Counted from the first letter of the stretch, positions 18,234-35,000 are shown. The stretch: 64,000 nucleotides of DNA from Clostridia bacterium (GCA_900766735.1 CAAFWO010000008.1:2022-66021), one strand, 5' to 3'. The notes: generated from the letters alone by a model not told the origin. Numbers and translations are program-made.

Positions 18234-18282
18234 AGTATAACACAAAGAGATTTGTATGTCAATAGCATACAGATCTCTTTGT
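18234..18282 (-). promoter_or_regulatory. near-consensus promoter embedded in a 17-bp inverted repeat (putative operator)
   Basis: Minus strand: TTGACA at 18257-18262, a 17-nt spacer, and TATACT at 18234-18239. The inverted repeat acaaagagatttgtatg (18242-18258) / catacagatctctttgt (18266-18282) matches 16/17 around a 7-nt centre. The -35 box straddles the left arm and the centre, and the left arm covers the spacer. Confidence 0.65.
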
Positions 18283-18418
18283 TAAATTTTTTTAGAAAGT
18301 AAATTTTCAAACACCTTTGGCAAAAATCATTTTTTGAGTGTAGTAGTAATAGAGAGACAAGCAAAATTTTTTTTGAAAAAATTTTCACAAAAAGTTGTTT
18401 TTTCGGCATTTTATTTGT

Positions 18419-18507
18419 TACTTATATGAGGGGCAAAATAAGATAAAAAATTTTTGCTTTCAAGGTTGCCGAAACGGAATTTCCTGCACTACTTATATAG
18501 AGGGCAA
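18419..18507. repeat. direct repeat pair A (tacttatatgaggggcaa / tacttatatagagggcaa), 71 bp apart
   Basis: 18419-18436 and 18490-18507. The first 9 nt are identical and gagggcaa is shared after a 1-nt indel. Weaker similarity continues for about 25 nt downstream. Confidence 0.7.
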
Positions 18508-18580
18508 GTGAAAAATTTTCATCAAAAAGGGTTTGGGGATATCCCAAAAATCCAAAATCAAATTTGCCGTGTGTGGCTAT

Positions 18581-18669
18581 ACACGCTTTGCTTGCTATTC
18601 CGTAAGAATGGCAGGCAAAACAAAATTGATTTTTGGCGAGTGGGTACTCACTCGCTTTGCTTGCTACTC
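18581..18669. repeat. direct repeat pair B (acacgctttgcttgctattc / actcgctttgcttgctactc), 69 bp apart, each fused to a short hairpin
   Basis: 18581-18600 and 18650-18669 match 18/20. The hairpins are cgtgt-gtggctat-acacg (ending at about 18585) and gcgagtg-ggtact-cactcgc (about 18636-18655). The 3' arm of each hairpin runs into the repeat. Confidence 0.75.
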
Positions 18670-18700
18670 TCAAAACAAACGAAAACAGAGGTGCTATTTA

Positions 18701-20624
<1,924 letters not shown>

Positions 20625-20640
20625 ACCGAAATCATTATTG

Positions 20641-20680
20641 CTGTTTTATTAAGGACTGCCATTAGCCGGCTTTTTTGTTA
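20641..20680. repeat. right arm of the 40-bp imperfect inverted repeat (putative attR: element end + terminator half)
   Basis: ctgttttattaaggactgccattagccggcttttttgtta. The last 3 nt are the GH35 stop codon on the minus strand. Confidence 0.85.
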
Positions 20681-22479
20681 TTCTCCTTCCAGTATCGCGT
20701 GATCCAGCGTGCCGATCTTGGGAGTGCCTTTTCGGTTCACATCGAAGACAACGATCTCGTTTTCTTTTTCTTTTATCAGTCCGCCCGGAACATAGAGCGT
20801 GTACTGCGGCCCAATCTCCCAGAAACGGCCGATGTTAAATCCGTTAATGAGAACAAAGCCTCTTCCCCAGCCGCGCATATACAAAAACGTATCAACGCCT
20901 GCCTGTGCGTCAAAATGCCCCTTAAAAAATGCCGGGTCGTTGTCGCAAAGCTTGCCGATAGGGCCATATTTAACGTTTGACAAATCCTTCATCTGAAGAA
21001 CGCTCATTTTAAATCCGTAAAGCTTCGCGTTGTCATAGGCGATGTATTTAACGCCTTTCGGGTCGTCGTCAAGCTTTTTTCCGCCGTTCACCCGTGCGAC
21101 GGATTCGCAAAGAACCCTTATTTTCACGGTTCTGTCCGTCCCGTCGGCATAAATCGGCTCTTCTGCCCTGTCGCGGTCGATCATACCCAGATATTCGTCC
21201 CCGTCATAGACCGTGACTCTGTCCGCCACGCCCCCGACGGTGACTCTTCTCTTTCCGCACTCGCTCCATCCCTCTGCATCTGCTTCATAAAGTACGAAAC
21301 CGCCGGCTGTTTTAAGCGCCTCAAAGCTCTTAACGTTCGGAGCGGTCACAGTCTTTTCGGTGAGCGCATCAAGGTTGTCAAAAAGGCGCGCGTGCTCTGT
21401 CAGGTGAATTTCAGGCGTCTGCACCTTATAGGAAAACGGCAGATCGCGGCTTTCGTTTTTCTCCTTGCCCAAAAATTCAGAAAGCTCATCGCGGCAAAGG
21501 TAATATTTCTCGGTCGGAAGGCCGTTCTCGGTCACGAGCGCGTCCTCGTCATAGCTCGTCGTATGCGCGATATAGCGAACGGGCGTGCCCGGCCGCGGAG
21601 TGAGCGACCTGTCGACCAGTCCTCCGGAAAACGACCCGAAATTCGTGCCTCCCGAGAACATATAAAAATTCACAAAGCCCTCTTCGAGGCACTCTCGGTA
21701 GGCCTTTGCCGTCTCCTCGGGGTCGCGCTTTTTATATGGCTCTCCCCAGTAGATCGCGCGGCCTGCCCAAAGCTCGCCGACGAAAAACGGGAACTCAGGA
21801 AATGCCTTTTTTGTGTAATCCGCAAATCTCTTTGCGACACCGGGCGTTGAGCGGAAATTTGCTCCGCGCATCACCCCGTCGAGCGAGCCCATCTGAAGCG
21901 CGCCCGGCGTATTGTCCGTCGTGTAAAACGGCACGTCGACGCCCATGTCCTCCATCATTTTTTTAAGAACCGAAAGATAGTTTTTGTCATAGCCGGCTCC
22001 GCCGTACTCGTTTTCAACCGCGACCATGATGACAGGGCCGCCGTTGGTCGAAAGATAGGGCACGATTTTTTCATCAATACGGAATAATAGTTCTTAACAT
22101 GCAAAAGATAGCGCTCATCCGAGCACCTAATGTCGAGCTCTTCGAATTTCAGCCAGCCGGGAAGCCCGCCGAAATCGCACTCCGAGCAAAGAAACGGTGA
22201 CGGGCGAAGAAGCACCTTAAAGCCCATCTCGTCTGCCAGCTCTAAAAACGCGCAAAGGTCAAGATGTCCCGAAAAATCGAATTTTCCTTTCTCGGGCTCG
22301 TGCAGGTTCCAAGGCACATAGGTCTGTATCGTGTTAAGCCCGAAATCCTTCGCCAAAAGAAGGTGACGCCTCCACTCGGCCGGGTATATCCTGAAATAAT
22401 GAATGTCGCCGGACGCTAAATAATAAGGTTTTCCTGAAAGGAAAAATCCATCCTTCGTTATCGTGAGTTTTTCTTTCAT
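20678..22479 (-). pseudogene. GH35 beta-galactosidase, frameshifted in an A-run
   Basis: ORF 21955..22479 (MKEKLTITKDGFFLSGKPYYLASGDIHYFRIYPAEWRRHL...) and ORF 20678..22063 (...VPYLSTNGGPVIMVAVENEYG...) are contiguous parts of one GH35 enzyme. The switch lies at ATGAAAAAATCG (T6 at 22066-22071 on the + strand). One more A would restore ...LMKKIVPYLS. Confidence 0.8.
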
Positions 22480-22627
22480 ATTATCCCTCCGTTCATAATT
22501 ATTTTAGCTTCATTTTCACGCCGTGCCAATCATAACATAGTGCTTTTTAAAGGCTTTAGTAATTGCTCCGCATTTTATAAAAAACCGCACGGTTGACGCA
22601 TTTATATATAACAAAATTGCTTTTTTG

Positions 22628-22657
22628 TTGACAAGAGTGCAACAAATATTCTATAAT
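22628..22657 (+). promoter_or_regulatory. sigma-A promoter (TTGACA-18-TATAAT)
   Basis: TTGACA at 22628-22633 and TATAAT at 22652-22657, followed by AAGGAG at 22665-22670. Confidence 0.65.
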
Positions 22658-22678
22658 GTATTGCAAGGAGTGATCAAA

Positions 22679-22855
22679 ATGAGAAAATTCAAAATACCGT
22701 CCGTCCCGCCGACGACGAATAAGTGCATTCGCTTCCCTAACGATATTATAGACGAGGTGGAAAAGGCTATCGAAGGCAAAAACTGTACCTTTACCGCATT
22801 TGTCGTCGAGGCTGTCCGGGTCGCGCTCGATAATATTTATGAAGAGCAGCAATAA
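22679..22855 (+). CDS. small ribbon-helix-helix (CopG/Arc-like) DNA-binding protein
   Basis: 58 aa: MRKFKIPSVPPTTNKCIRFPNDIIDEVEKAIEGKNCTFTAFVVEAVRVALDNIYEEQQ. It has a beta-strand (KCIRFP) followed by two helices. It has its own promoter, RBS and terminator. Confidence 0.6.
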   Translation: MRKFKIPSVPPTTNKCIRFPNDIIDEVEKAIEGKNCTFTAFVVEAVRVALDNIYEEQQ

Positions 22856-22890
22856 ACAAGCGGAAGGCATTAGCCTTCCGCTTGTTTTAT
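22854..22890 (+). terminator. intrinsic terminator
   Basis: aaacaagcggaaggc (22854-22868), loop atta, then gccttccgcttgttt (22873-22887), followed by tat. Confidence 0.75.
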
Positions 22891-22991
22891 GTTTGGCCCG
22901 TCAAATTACCCGTTGTATTTTTTATTATTTGTGATATACTTATAATTGCGACACAAGTGAATAAAAACCCTTATAAGTATGTATTTTTCGG

Positions 22992-23020
22992 TGCACGGCC
23001 TTCGGGCTGTGCATTTTTTT
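22992..23020 (+). terminator. terminator-like hairpin in the leader of the lipoprotein gene
   Basis: tgcacggcc (22992-23000), loop ttcg, then ggctgtgca (23005-23013), followed by T7. It sits 17 nt upstream of the ATG at 23038. Confidence 0.45.
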
Positions 23021-23037
23021 ATTCTCTGGAGGTATTT

Positions 23038-23479
23038 ATGCGAAAGCTTTTTTCTTCATTTTTAGCGGCGCTTTTGATCTTTTCCTCGTGCCGGAAAGAT
23101 GCGGGAACGCCGCCCGTCTCACTAATAGAAAAGACCCTACTCTTTTATGGCTCCGGGCGGCAAAAAAAGCACGGCATTTACCTTTAGCAAAAGCCTTTTA
23201 AGCCTTTACGGTATCAGCGAAATTTCATCCGTCTCCTTATCTTTTTTAATAATACGCGAAAACGAAACGGTCAAAACCCCGAATCTTTTCGTCCTGTCCG
23301 GCAAGGAAAGCGATCCTTTGAGCTTTCAAAAGGCCGCAAAAAGCAACAGCTATTCAGATTTTACGGCGAACTGTTTTTCAACCGATCCGCTTTTTGAATC
23401 GGACTCTGCCGCGATAAGCACATTTGCCGCCGTGCCGGGCTTTTCAAAAAGAATATCTCCATTTTGCTTCCCGATGTGA
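23038..23479 (+). pseudogene. small lipoprotein, apparently frameshifted in an A7 run
   Basis: MRKLFSSFLAALLIFSSCRKD... (a lipobox-like FSSC) stops at 23187. The overlapping frame 23147..23479 continues open. Removing one A from ggcggcaaaaaaagc (about 23160-23166) would join them as ...GSGRQKSTAFTFSKSLL.... Confidence 0.45.
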
Positions 23480-23560
23480 AACTTTTATATTAGCTTATTG
23501 CAAAAAAGCGCGAAATATGTTAAAATTAAAATGAATCAACATTGTACGGGGACTTACAGT

Positions 23561-24190
23561 ATGAAAAAATATGTTTCGTTTTTCCTAAACGCTTTTATAG
23601 CGGGGATTTTTCTTTCGGTCGGGTGCACGGTGAATTTATCGTCGGACTCCCGCCTTGCCGGCGCGTTTTTATTCAGCCTCGGCCTGTTTGCGATAATTTC
23701 TTTCAAATTATCGCTTTTCACCGGCAAGGCCGGCTACATCGTTTCAAATCCGCCGGTCTATATATTGGAGGTACTGGTGACGTTTTTGGGCAACGCGGCA
23801 GGCGCACTTTGCTCCGGCCTTGCGCTGAGCCTTTCAACGGCCGGCCCGTCGCTGTATGAAAAATCGGCTGAGATATTTTCAAAAAAGGCCGGGGATTCTT
23901 TTCTGAGCATTTTCGTTCTCGCCTTATTCTGCGGAATTTTGATGTACACCGCGGTTGAGGGAAACCGCATTCTTAGCGAAAAGGGGAATTTCACAGGTGC
24001 GCTTTTCATCACCGTGATGCCCGTCGCGGTCTTCATCATCGCGGGTTTCAACCACTCGGTGGCGGACACGGCATATTTCTTTTTGGGCGGAGCGAAAAGT
24101 TTTTCGCTCTATCTGAAATACATCGTACCGGCGTTCCTCGGAAACGCGTTGGGTTGCTGTTTCATTCCGCTGATTAAAAAATTGGCATAA
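23561..24190 (+). CDS. formate/nitrite transporter (FNT) family membrane protein
   Basis: MKKYVSFFLNAFIAGIFLSVGC... is a polytopic protein with AGFNHSVADT, matching the FNT signature GF.HS.AN. The start is taken at M22 of the track ORF. Confidence 0.7.
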   Translation: MKKYVSFFLNAFIAGIFLSVGCTVNLSSDSRLAGAFLFSLGLFAIISFKLSLFTGKAGYIVSNPPVYILEVLVTFLGNAAGALCSGLALSLSTAGPSLYEKSAEIFSKKAGDSFLSIFVLALFCGILMYTAVEGNRILSEKGNFTGALFITVMPVAVFIIAGFNHSVADTAYFFLGGAKSFSLYLKYIVPAFLGNALGCCFIPLIKKLA

Positions 24191-24381
24191 AAGAGCTCCC
24201 TTTTACCCTAAGTGTTAATGAAATAAACTTCGTCGATTTCGCAAAACGCCTTGGGCTCTGGCATTGAAAGAAGCACAAAATATTGTATGATATAAGAAAA
24301 ATGAAACTTTTTGCTGGATTTTTCCGTCTATATAGATAATGAAACAGTTAGATAAATCGGAATTTGTGGGAGGAGATTACA

Positions 24382-24576
24382 ATGAGAAAATGTATTCGTT
24401 GTGAGTGTGAAATGAGAGAAAACTATGATGTTAAGGTCGAAGGCGGAGCTTATGGATTAAAAATCACGAAGCAAGGCATATTCAAGGCCAATCTTGGAAA
24501 GGTTCGTGTTGCAGTTTGTCCTGAATGTGGGTATCTTGAATTTTATTTGGAAGACACTTCCAATCTGAAGAATTAG
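24382..24576 (+). CDS. small zinc-ribbon protein (CxxC...CxxC), function unknown
   Basis: The ATG at 24382 follows GGGAGGAG. MRKCIRCECEM...VAVCPECGYLEFYLED carries two CxxC pairs. It lies in a visibly AT-richer patch between the FNT and radical-SAM genes. Confidence 0.55.
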   Translation: MRKCIRCECEMRENYDVKVEGGAYGLKITKQGIFKANLGKVRVAVCPECGYLEFYLEDTSNLKN

Positions 24577-24618
24577 ACAACTCCCAATTTGACAAACTGA
24601 ATAGCACTATTCTCCGAT

Positions 24619-24652
24619 AGGAGCAAGGTTGAAATATACCTTGCTCCTTTTT
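24619..24652 (+). terminator. intrinsic terminator after the zinc-ribbon ORF
   Basis: aggagcaagg (24619-24628) pairs with ccttgctcct (24639-24648), followed by a T-run. Confidence 0.7.
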
Positions 24653-24785
24653 AGCTCCCAATGTGCATTCATAGAAAATAAATGAGACTCCACAAGATTT
24701 CAAAATCCTGCGAAGCCTTTTCCTATGCTTAGAGTTCCGTCGAATCGACGAAGAGTTTGGCGGATAGGCTTATATCAACACAAAA

Positions 24786-24819
24786 GGTAAAAGAGGGTGT
24801 GCTAAAAGCACACCCTCTT
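24786..24819 (-). terminator. intrinsic terminator of the radical SAM gene
   Basis: aagagggtgtgc (24791-24802) pairs with gcacaccctctt (24808-24819). On the minus strand it is followed by ttttacctttt. The stem overlaps the stop codon. Confidence 0.7.
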
Positions 24820-25684
24820 AAAATTCCGGGATAAATTCCTCCGACGCGGAGGAAAGCTCCTGCGTGTAGGCGTTATCCATGCCCATATCCGCACAGAAGT
24901 CGACGAGAGCGTCGTATTCCGCGTCCGTCACACGCCGGCAAAGCTCCGGATAGTCAGAAAGCCCTAAGACCGGGGTATATTGGCTCATCAGCGAAAAGAC
25001 GACCATATAGCGATACCTTTCAAAAAGGAGCTTTAGAGCTTCTTTTGACTCCGCGACACGCCCCGGCAAAAGCAGATGCCTGATTATGACGCCCGAGGTC
25101 ATGATCCCCGAACCGCTATAGCTTATCACCGGCTTTTGTCTCGTCATCTCGTCGATCGCCGCGAGCGCGACCTCGGGATAGTCCGGCGCGAGCGAATAGC
25201 GCTTCGCCGTTTCTTTATTGATATACTTAAAGTCCGGCAGGTAGACGTCGACCAACCCTTCGAGCATCTTGAGCGTTTCGACGGATTCGTAGCCCGAGGT
25301 GTTATAGACCACGGGAAGAGTCAGCCCGTCCTCCCTCGCTTTTTTAAGCGGAGGGATTATTTTATCGGCAAACTGCCCGGCCGTGATTAAGCTGATGCTC
25401 TCCGCTCCCATTTCATCGAGCGAAAAAAACGTGTCGTAAAGCTCCGTTTGGCTCATGCTCTTTCCGGTTTCCGCGCGCGAAATGTCCTTATTCTGGCACA
25501 TAACGCACTTTAACGGGCAACCCGAAAAGAACACCGCGCCCGTGCCGTTTTTGCCGGAGATGCAAGGCTCCTCCCACTTATGGAGCATCACCTTGGCGAC
25601 CTTCATTTCACTTTTGCACGAGCAAAATCCCGGCATAGTTTCCCTGTCCGCTCCGCATTTTCGCGGACACAGCATACACTTCAT
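24818..25684 (-). CDS. radical SAM protein (pyruvate formate-lyase-activase-like, PflX type)
   Basis: N-terminal CPRKCGADR...FCSC, plus a CX3CX2C radical-SAM cluster motif in FFSGCPLKCVMCQN. Confidence 0.75.
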   Translation of the reverse strand: MKCMLCPRKCGADRETMPGFCSCKSEMKVAKVMLHKWEEPCISGKNGTGAVFFSGCPLKCVMCQNKDISRAETGKSMSQTELYDTFFSLDEMGAESISLITAGQFADKIIPPLKKAREDGLTLPVVYNTSGYESVETLKMLEGLVDVYLPDFKYINKETAKRYSLAPDYPEVALAAIDEMTRQKPVISYSGSGIMTSGVIIRHLLLPGRVAESKEALKLLFERYRYMVVFSLMSQYTPVLGLSDYPELCRRVTDAEYDALVDFCADMGMDNAYTQELSSASEEFIPEF

Positions 25685-25729
25685 AGTTTACTCCTTAAAA
25701 GCCGCTCCCTTTCGGAAGCGGCTTTTTTC

Positions 25730-26347
25730 TTATTTTGAGTGAGATAACAACCAGTCGTATACCTCTTTATTCGAATATGCGTTCTCCCAGCTGTTGTGCT
25801 GAACATTTTCATACACCGTGAAACGCGCGTTTCCGCCGGTGCGGTTTACCGCGTTCACCATCTTAACGCTCTCCTCGAAAAAAACATCAGGATCAAGCAT
25901 TCCGTGGTGAGCCCAGACAGGAACGGTTTTAAGCCTTCCGGCGTTCCAGTACATTCCGCCGCCGCAGACCGGGACGATCGCCGCGAAATACTCAGGCCTC
26001 GTCATTGCTATCTGCCAGGTGGTGTAGCCGCCCATGGATGCGCCCATTGCATAAAAATGCTTCTCGTCCGTGTATTCGGCGTTTCTCACCATTTCGGCAA
26101 AGTCCAAAAGCTCGTTAAAAATTTCAAACCACGTGTCCGCATAGCACTGGGGCGAAACGACGATGAAACGGTTTTCGTTAATTTTATCAAGCGCGTGATG
26201 AATGTAATGATCTCTGATTATTTCAATGTCCGTCCCTCTGCCGCCCGCGCCGTGAATGTGAAGTATCACCGGCATTTTTCCGCCTGTGTATCCTTCCGGA
26301 AAACGGACGGTATAGCTGAGTTTGTTGAATTTTCTTACTTCTATCAT
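25730..26347 (-). CDS. alpha/beta hydrolase (carboxylesterase/S9-like)
   Basis: HIHGAGGRG and the nucleophile elbow GASMGG, with a C-terminal His region. The start is taken at MIEVRKF (ATG 26345-26347, after GGGGAG), because the longer track ORF overlaps the GH2 stop at 26352. Confidence 0.7.
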   Translation of the reverse strand: MIEVRKFNKLSYTVRFPEGYTGGKMPVILHIHGAGGRGTDIEIIRDHYIHHALDKINENRFIVVSPQCYADTWFEIFNELLDFAEMVRNAEYTDEKHFYAMGASMGGYTTWQIAMTRPEYFAAIVPVCGGGMYWNAGRLKTVPVWAHHGMLDPDVFFEESVKMVNAVNRTGGNARFTVYENVQHNSWENAYSNKEVYDWLLSHSK

Positions 26348-26351
26348 ATTA

Positions 26352-31923
<5,572 letters not shown>

Positions 31924-31970
31924 TCAGGAGAATTAACATAAGTATCATCTTGTGTATTAACTTGCCTAAG

Positions 31971-32009
31971 AAAAAAGCCCCGTTTCACAAAATGTGAAAC
32001 GGGGTTTTT
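31971..32009. terminator. bidirectional intrinsic terminator after ileS
   Basis: A6, then ccccgtttcac (31978-31988), loop aaaat, then gtgaaacgggg (31994-32004), then T5. Confidence 0.8.
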
Positions 32010-32011
32010 AA

Positions 32012-35000
32012 TTATGCTTTCTTGATTCCGAGTGTGGTTACTTCGCCGTTGATCTTGCATTCGGATTCGATCTCGGTGTGCTCGCCGTAGCTAAATCCGT
32101 CCGCCAGAACGATTCCGGCGATCTCTTTCTCGTTTTTCTTCATTATTTCGGTGATCTTATCGTTTCCGCTCTGGAATACGGTAATATGATCCATAACCTC
32201 GAAGCCTGAATTTTTCCTCATCTTCTGAACTGTGCTGATGATCTCGCGCACGCTTCCCTCCTCGATGAGCTCGGGAGTGAGGTTCGTGTCGATCGCGACG
32301 GTGACCTTGCTGTCGGACGCCGCCTCGAAGCCGTCAGTCTTGGTGGTCTCGATCAAAAAGTCCTCCTCGGTCAGGTCGATCTGTGCTCCGCCTGCCGAAA
32401 CGGTGTATTTTCCGTCCCTCTCAAGCGAGGAAACGACCTCTGCCGCGTCCGCCTTATTGATGATGCCGATAAGCATACCCATCTTTTCGGGGTACTTCGA
32501 CTTTAAGGAATCAAACTTCGGCTTGATCTTATAGCTTACAAGTCCGTCAAGTCCGCTTCTGAACTCGACCTCCTTGGTGTTAAGCTCATCTTTTATAATG
32601 TCTGTGCAGAATGAAGGAAGGGCTCTGTCCGCCTTCACGATCATCTTCGCGATGGGCTGTTTTGTCTTGATGTTGGCCGTGTTTCTCGCGCTTCTTCCCA
32701 AAACGACGATCTCCAATACCTCGTCCATCTCCTTCTCAAGAGCGGGATCGATCATTTTTTCGTCGCTTACGGGATAGTCGCAAAGGTGAATGCTCTCAGG
32801 CGCAGACTTGTCGACCGAGCGGACAATGTTCTGGTAAATGTCCTCCGTCATGAACGGGATCATCGGAGCGGCAAGCTTGGAAACGGTCACAAGCGCGGTG
32901 TAGAGCGTCATATAAGCGTTTATCTTGTCGTCCGTCATCTCTTTTGCCCAGAAACGCTCACGGCAACGTCTTACATACCAGTTGGAAAGCTCGTCGACAA
33001 ATTCCGAGAGAGCCTTTGCCGGCTCTGTGATCTTATACTCGGAAAGCTCTAAGTCAACCGTCTTTATAAGCGTGTTGAGCTTGGACAAAAGCCATTTATC
33101 CATAACCGTCAATGCGTCGGTCTTAAAGGTATGCTTTGTCGGATCGAATTTATCGATCTCGGCGTAGAGCACATAGAAAGCATAGGTGTTCCAGAGTGTG
33201 CCCATAAACTTTCTCTGCCCTTCGGTCACCGCCGCGTCATAGAATCTGTTCGGAAGGTAGGGCGCGCTGTTGGAATAGAAATACCAGCGAATCGCGTCCG
33301 CTCCGTGCTTCTCGAGCGCGTCAAACGGGTCAACCGCGTTGCCCTTGGACTTACTCATCTTCTGGCCGTTCTCATCCTGAACATGGCCTAACACGATGAC
33401 GTTCTTATAGGGCGCTTTGTTAAACAGGAGCGTCGATATCGCAAGGAGCGAGTAGAACCAGCCTCTCGTCTGATCGACAGCCTCACTGATGAAGTTTGCC
33501 GGGAAGTTTTCCTTAAATATCTTCTCGTTCTCAAAGGGATAGTGCCACTGCGCAAACGGCATCGAGCCGGAGTCAAACCAGCAGTCGATAACCTCTTTCA
33601 CGCGGTGCATCTCGCCGCCGCACTCGGGGCACTTGATCGTTACCGCGTCAATATAGGGTCTGTGAAGCTCGATATTTTCAGGGCAGTTGTCCGACATCTC
33701 GCGAAGCTCCGCGATAGAGCCGACAGAGTGGCGGCATCCGCATTTGCACTCCCAGATGTTTAAAGGCGTTCCCCAGTATCTGTCACGGCTGACGCCCCAG
33801 TCCTGAACGTTCTTTATCCAGTCGCCGAATCTTCCCTCGCCGATGGACTTGGGGATCCAGTTGATAGTATTGTTGTTTCTGACCAGATCGTCGCGCACCG
33901 CGGTCATCTTTATAAACCACGACTCGCGCGCGTAGTAGATGAGCGGTGTGTCGCATCTCCAGCAGAAGGGATAAGAGTGCTCAAAGGGCAGAGCGCGGAA
34001 TAATAATCCCTTTTCCTTAAGAGCGGCGAAAACCTCTTTATCCGCGTCCTTGCAGAACATTCCCGCCCAGGGTGTCTCCTTTGTCATCTCACCCTTGGAG
34101 TCGACCAGCTGAACGAACGGAAGGTCATAGTTTCTGCCGACCGATGCGTCGTCCTCACCGAAAGCCGGTGCGATGTGAACGATTCCTGTACCGTCCGTCA
34201 GAGTTACATAGTTATCGCAGGTGATAAAATATGCGTTCTTTAATCCGATTATATCCCTCGCGAAATCAAAGAGAGGCTCATACTTTTTATATTCAAGCTC
34301 TTTTCCGCGGAAAGACTTAATAACTTCATAGTCCTCGCCCAGAACGCTCTCGCAAAGCGCCGCGGCAAGAATATATTTCTCGTCGCCTGACTTGACCCAG
34401 ACATACTCCTCGTCGGGATTTACGCAGAGAGCGACGTTTGAGGGAAGCGTCCACGGTGTGGTCGTCCACGCGAGATAGTAAGTGTCCTCAAAGTCAAGGC
34501 TCTTAAACTTGGCGATGGCGCTCTTCTCCTTAACGTCCTTATATCCCTGTGCGACCTCGTGGCTCGAAAGCGGAGTACCGCAGCGGGGGCAATAGGGCAC
34601 GATCTTAAATCCCTTATACAAAAGCTTTTTTTCCCAGATTTTCTTAAGAGCCCACCATTCGGACTCGATAAAGTTATTGTCGTAAGTAACATAGGGGTCG
34701 TCCATATCGGCCCAGAAACCGACTGTGTCCGAAAAGTCCTCCCACATTCCTTTATATTTCCAGACGCTCTCCTTGCACTCCTTGATGAACGCTTCAAGGC
34801 CGTACTGCTCGATCTGATCCTTACCGTCGAGCCCGAGTTTTTTTTCAACCTCAAGCTCAACCGGGAGGCCGTGCGTGTCCCATCCGGCCTTACGGATGAC
34901 GTGATAGCCCTTCATCGTGCGGTAACGCGGAATCATATCCTTAATAACACGCGTCAAAACGTGGCCGATATGCGGCTTTCCGTTTGCCGTGGGCGGTCCG

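Noticed and set aside
24228-24753. The 11-bp inverted match cttcgtcgatt / aatcgacgaag, considered as terminal inverted repeats of a MITE-like element.
   Set aside because: The right copy is part of a local perfect palindrome (cgtcga-a-tcgacg), and the outer similarity partly coincides with the radical-SAM terminator tail. No target-site duplication is visible. It is kept only as a weak note under the AT-rich patch finding.
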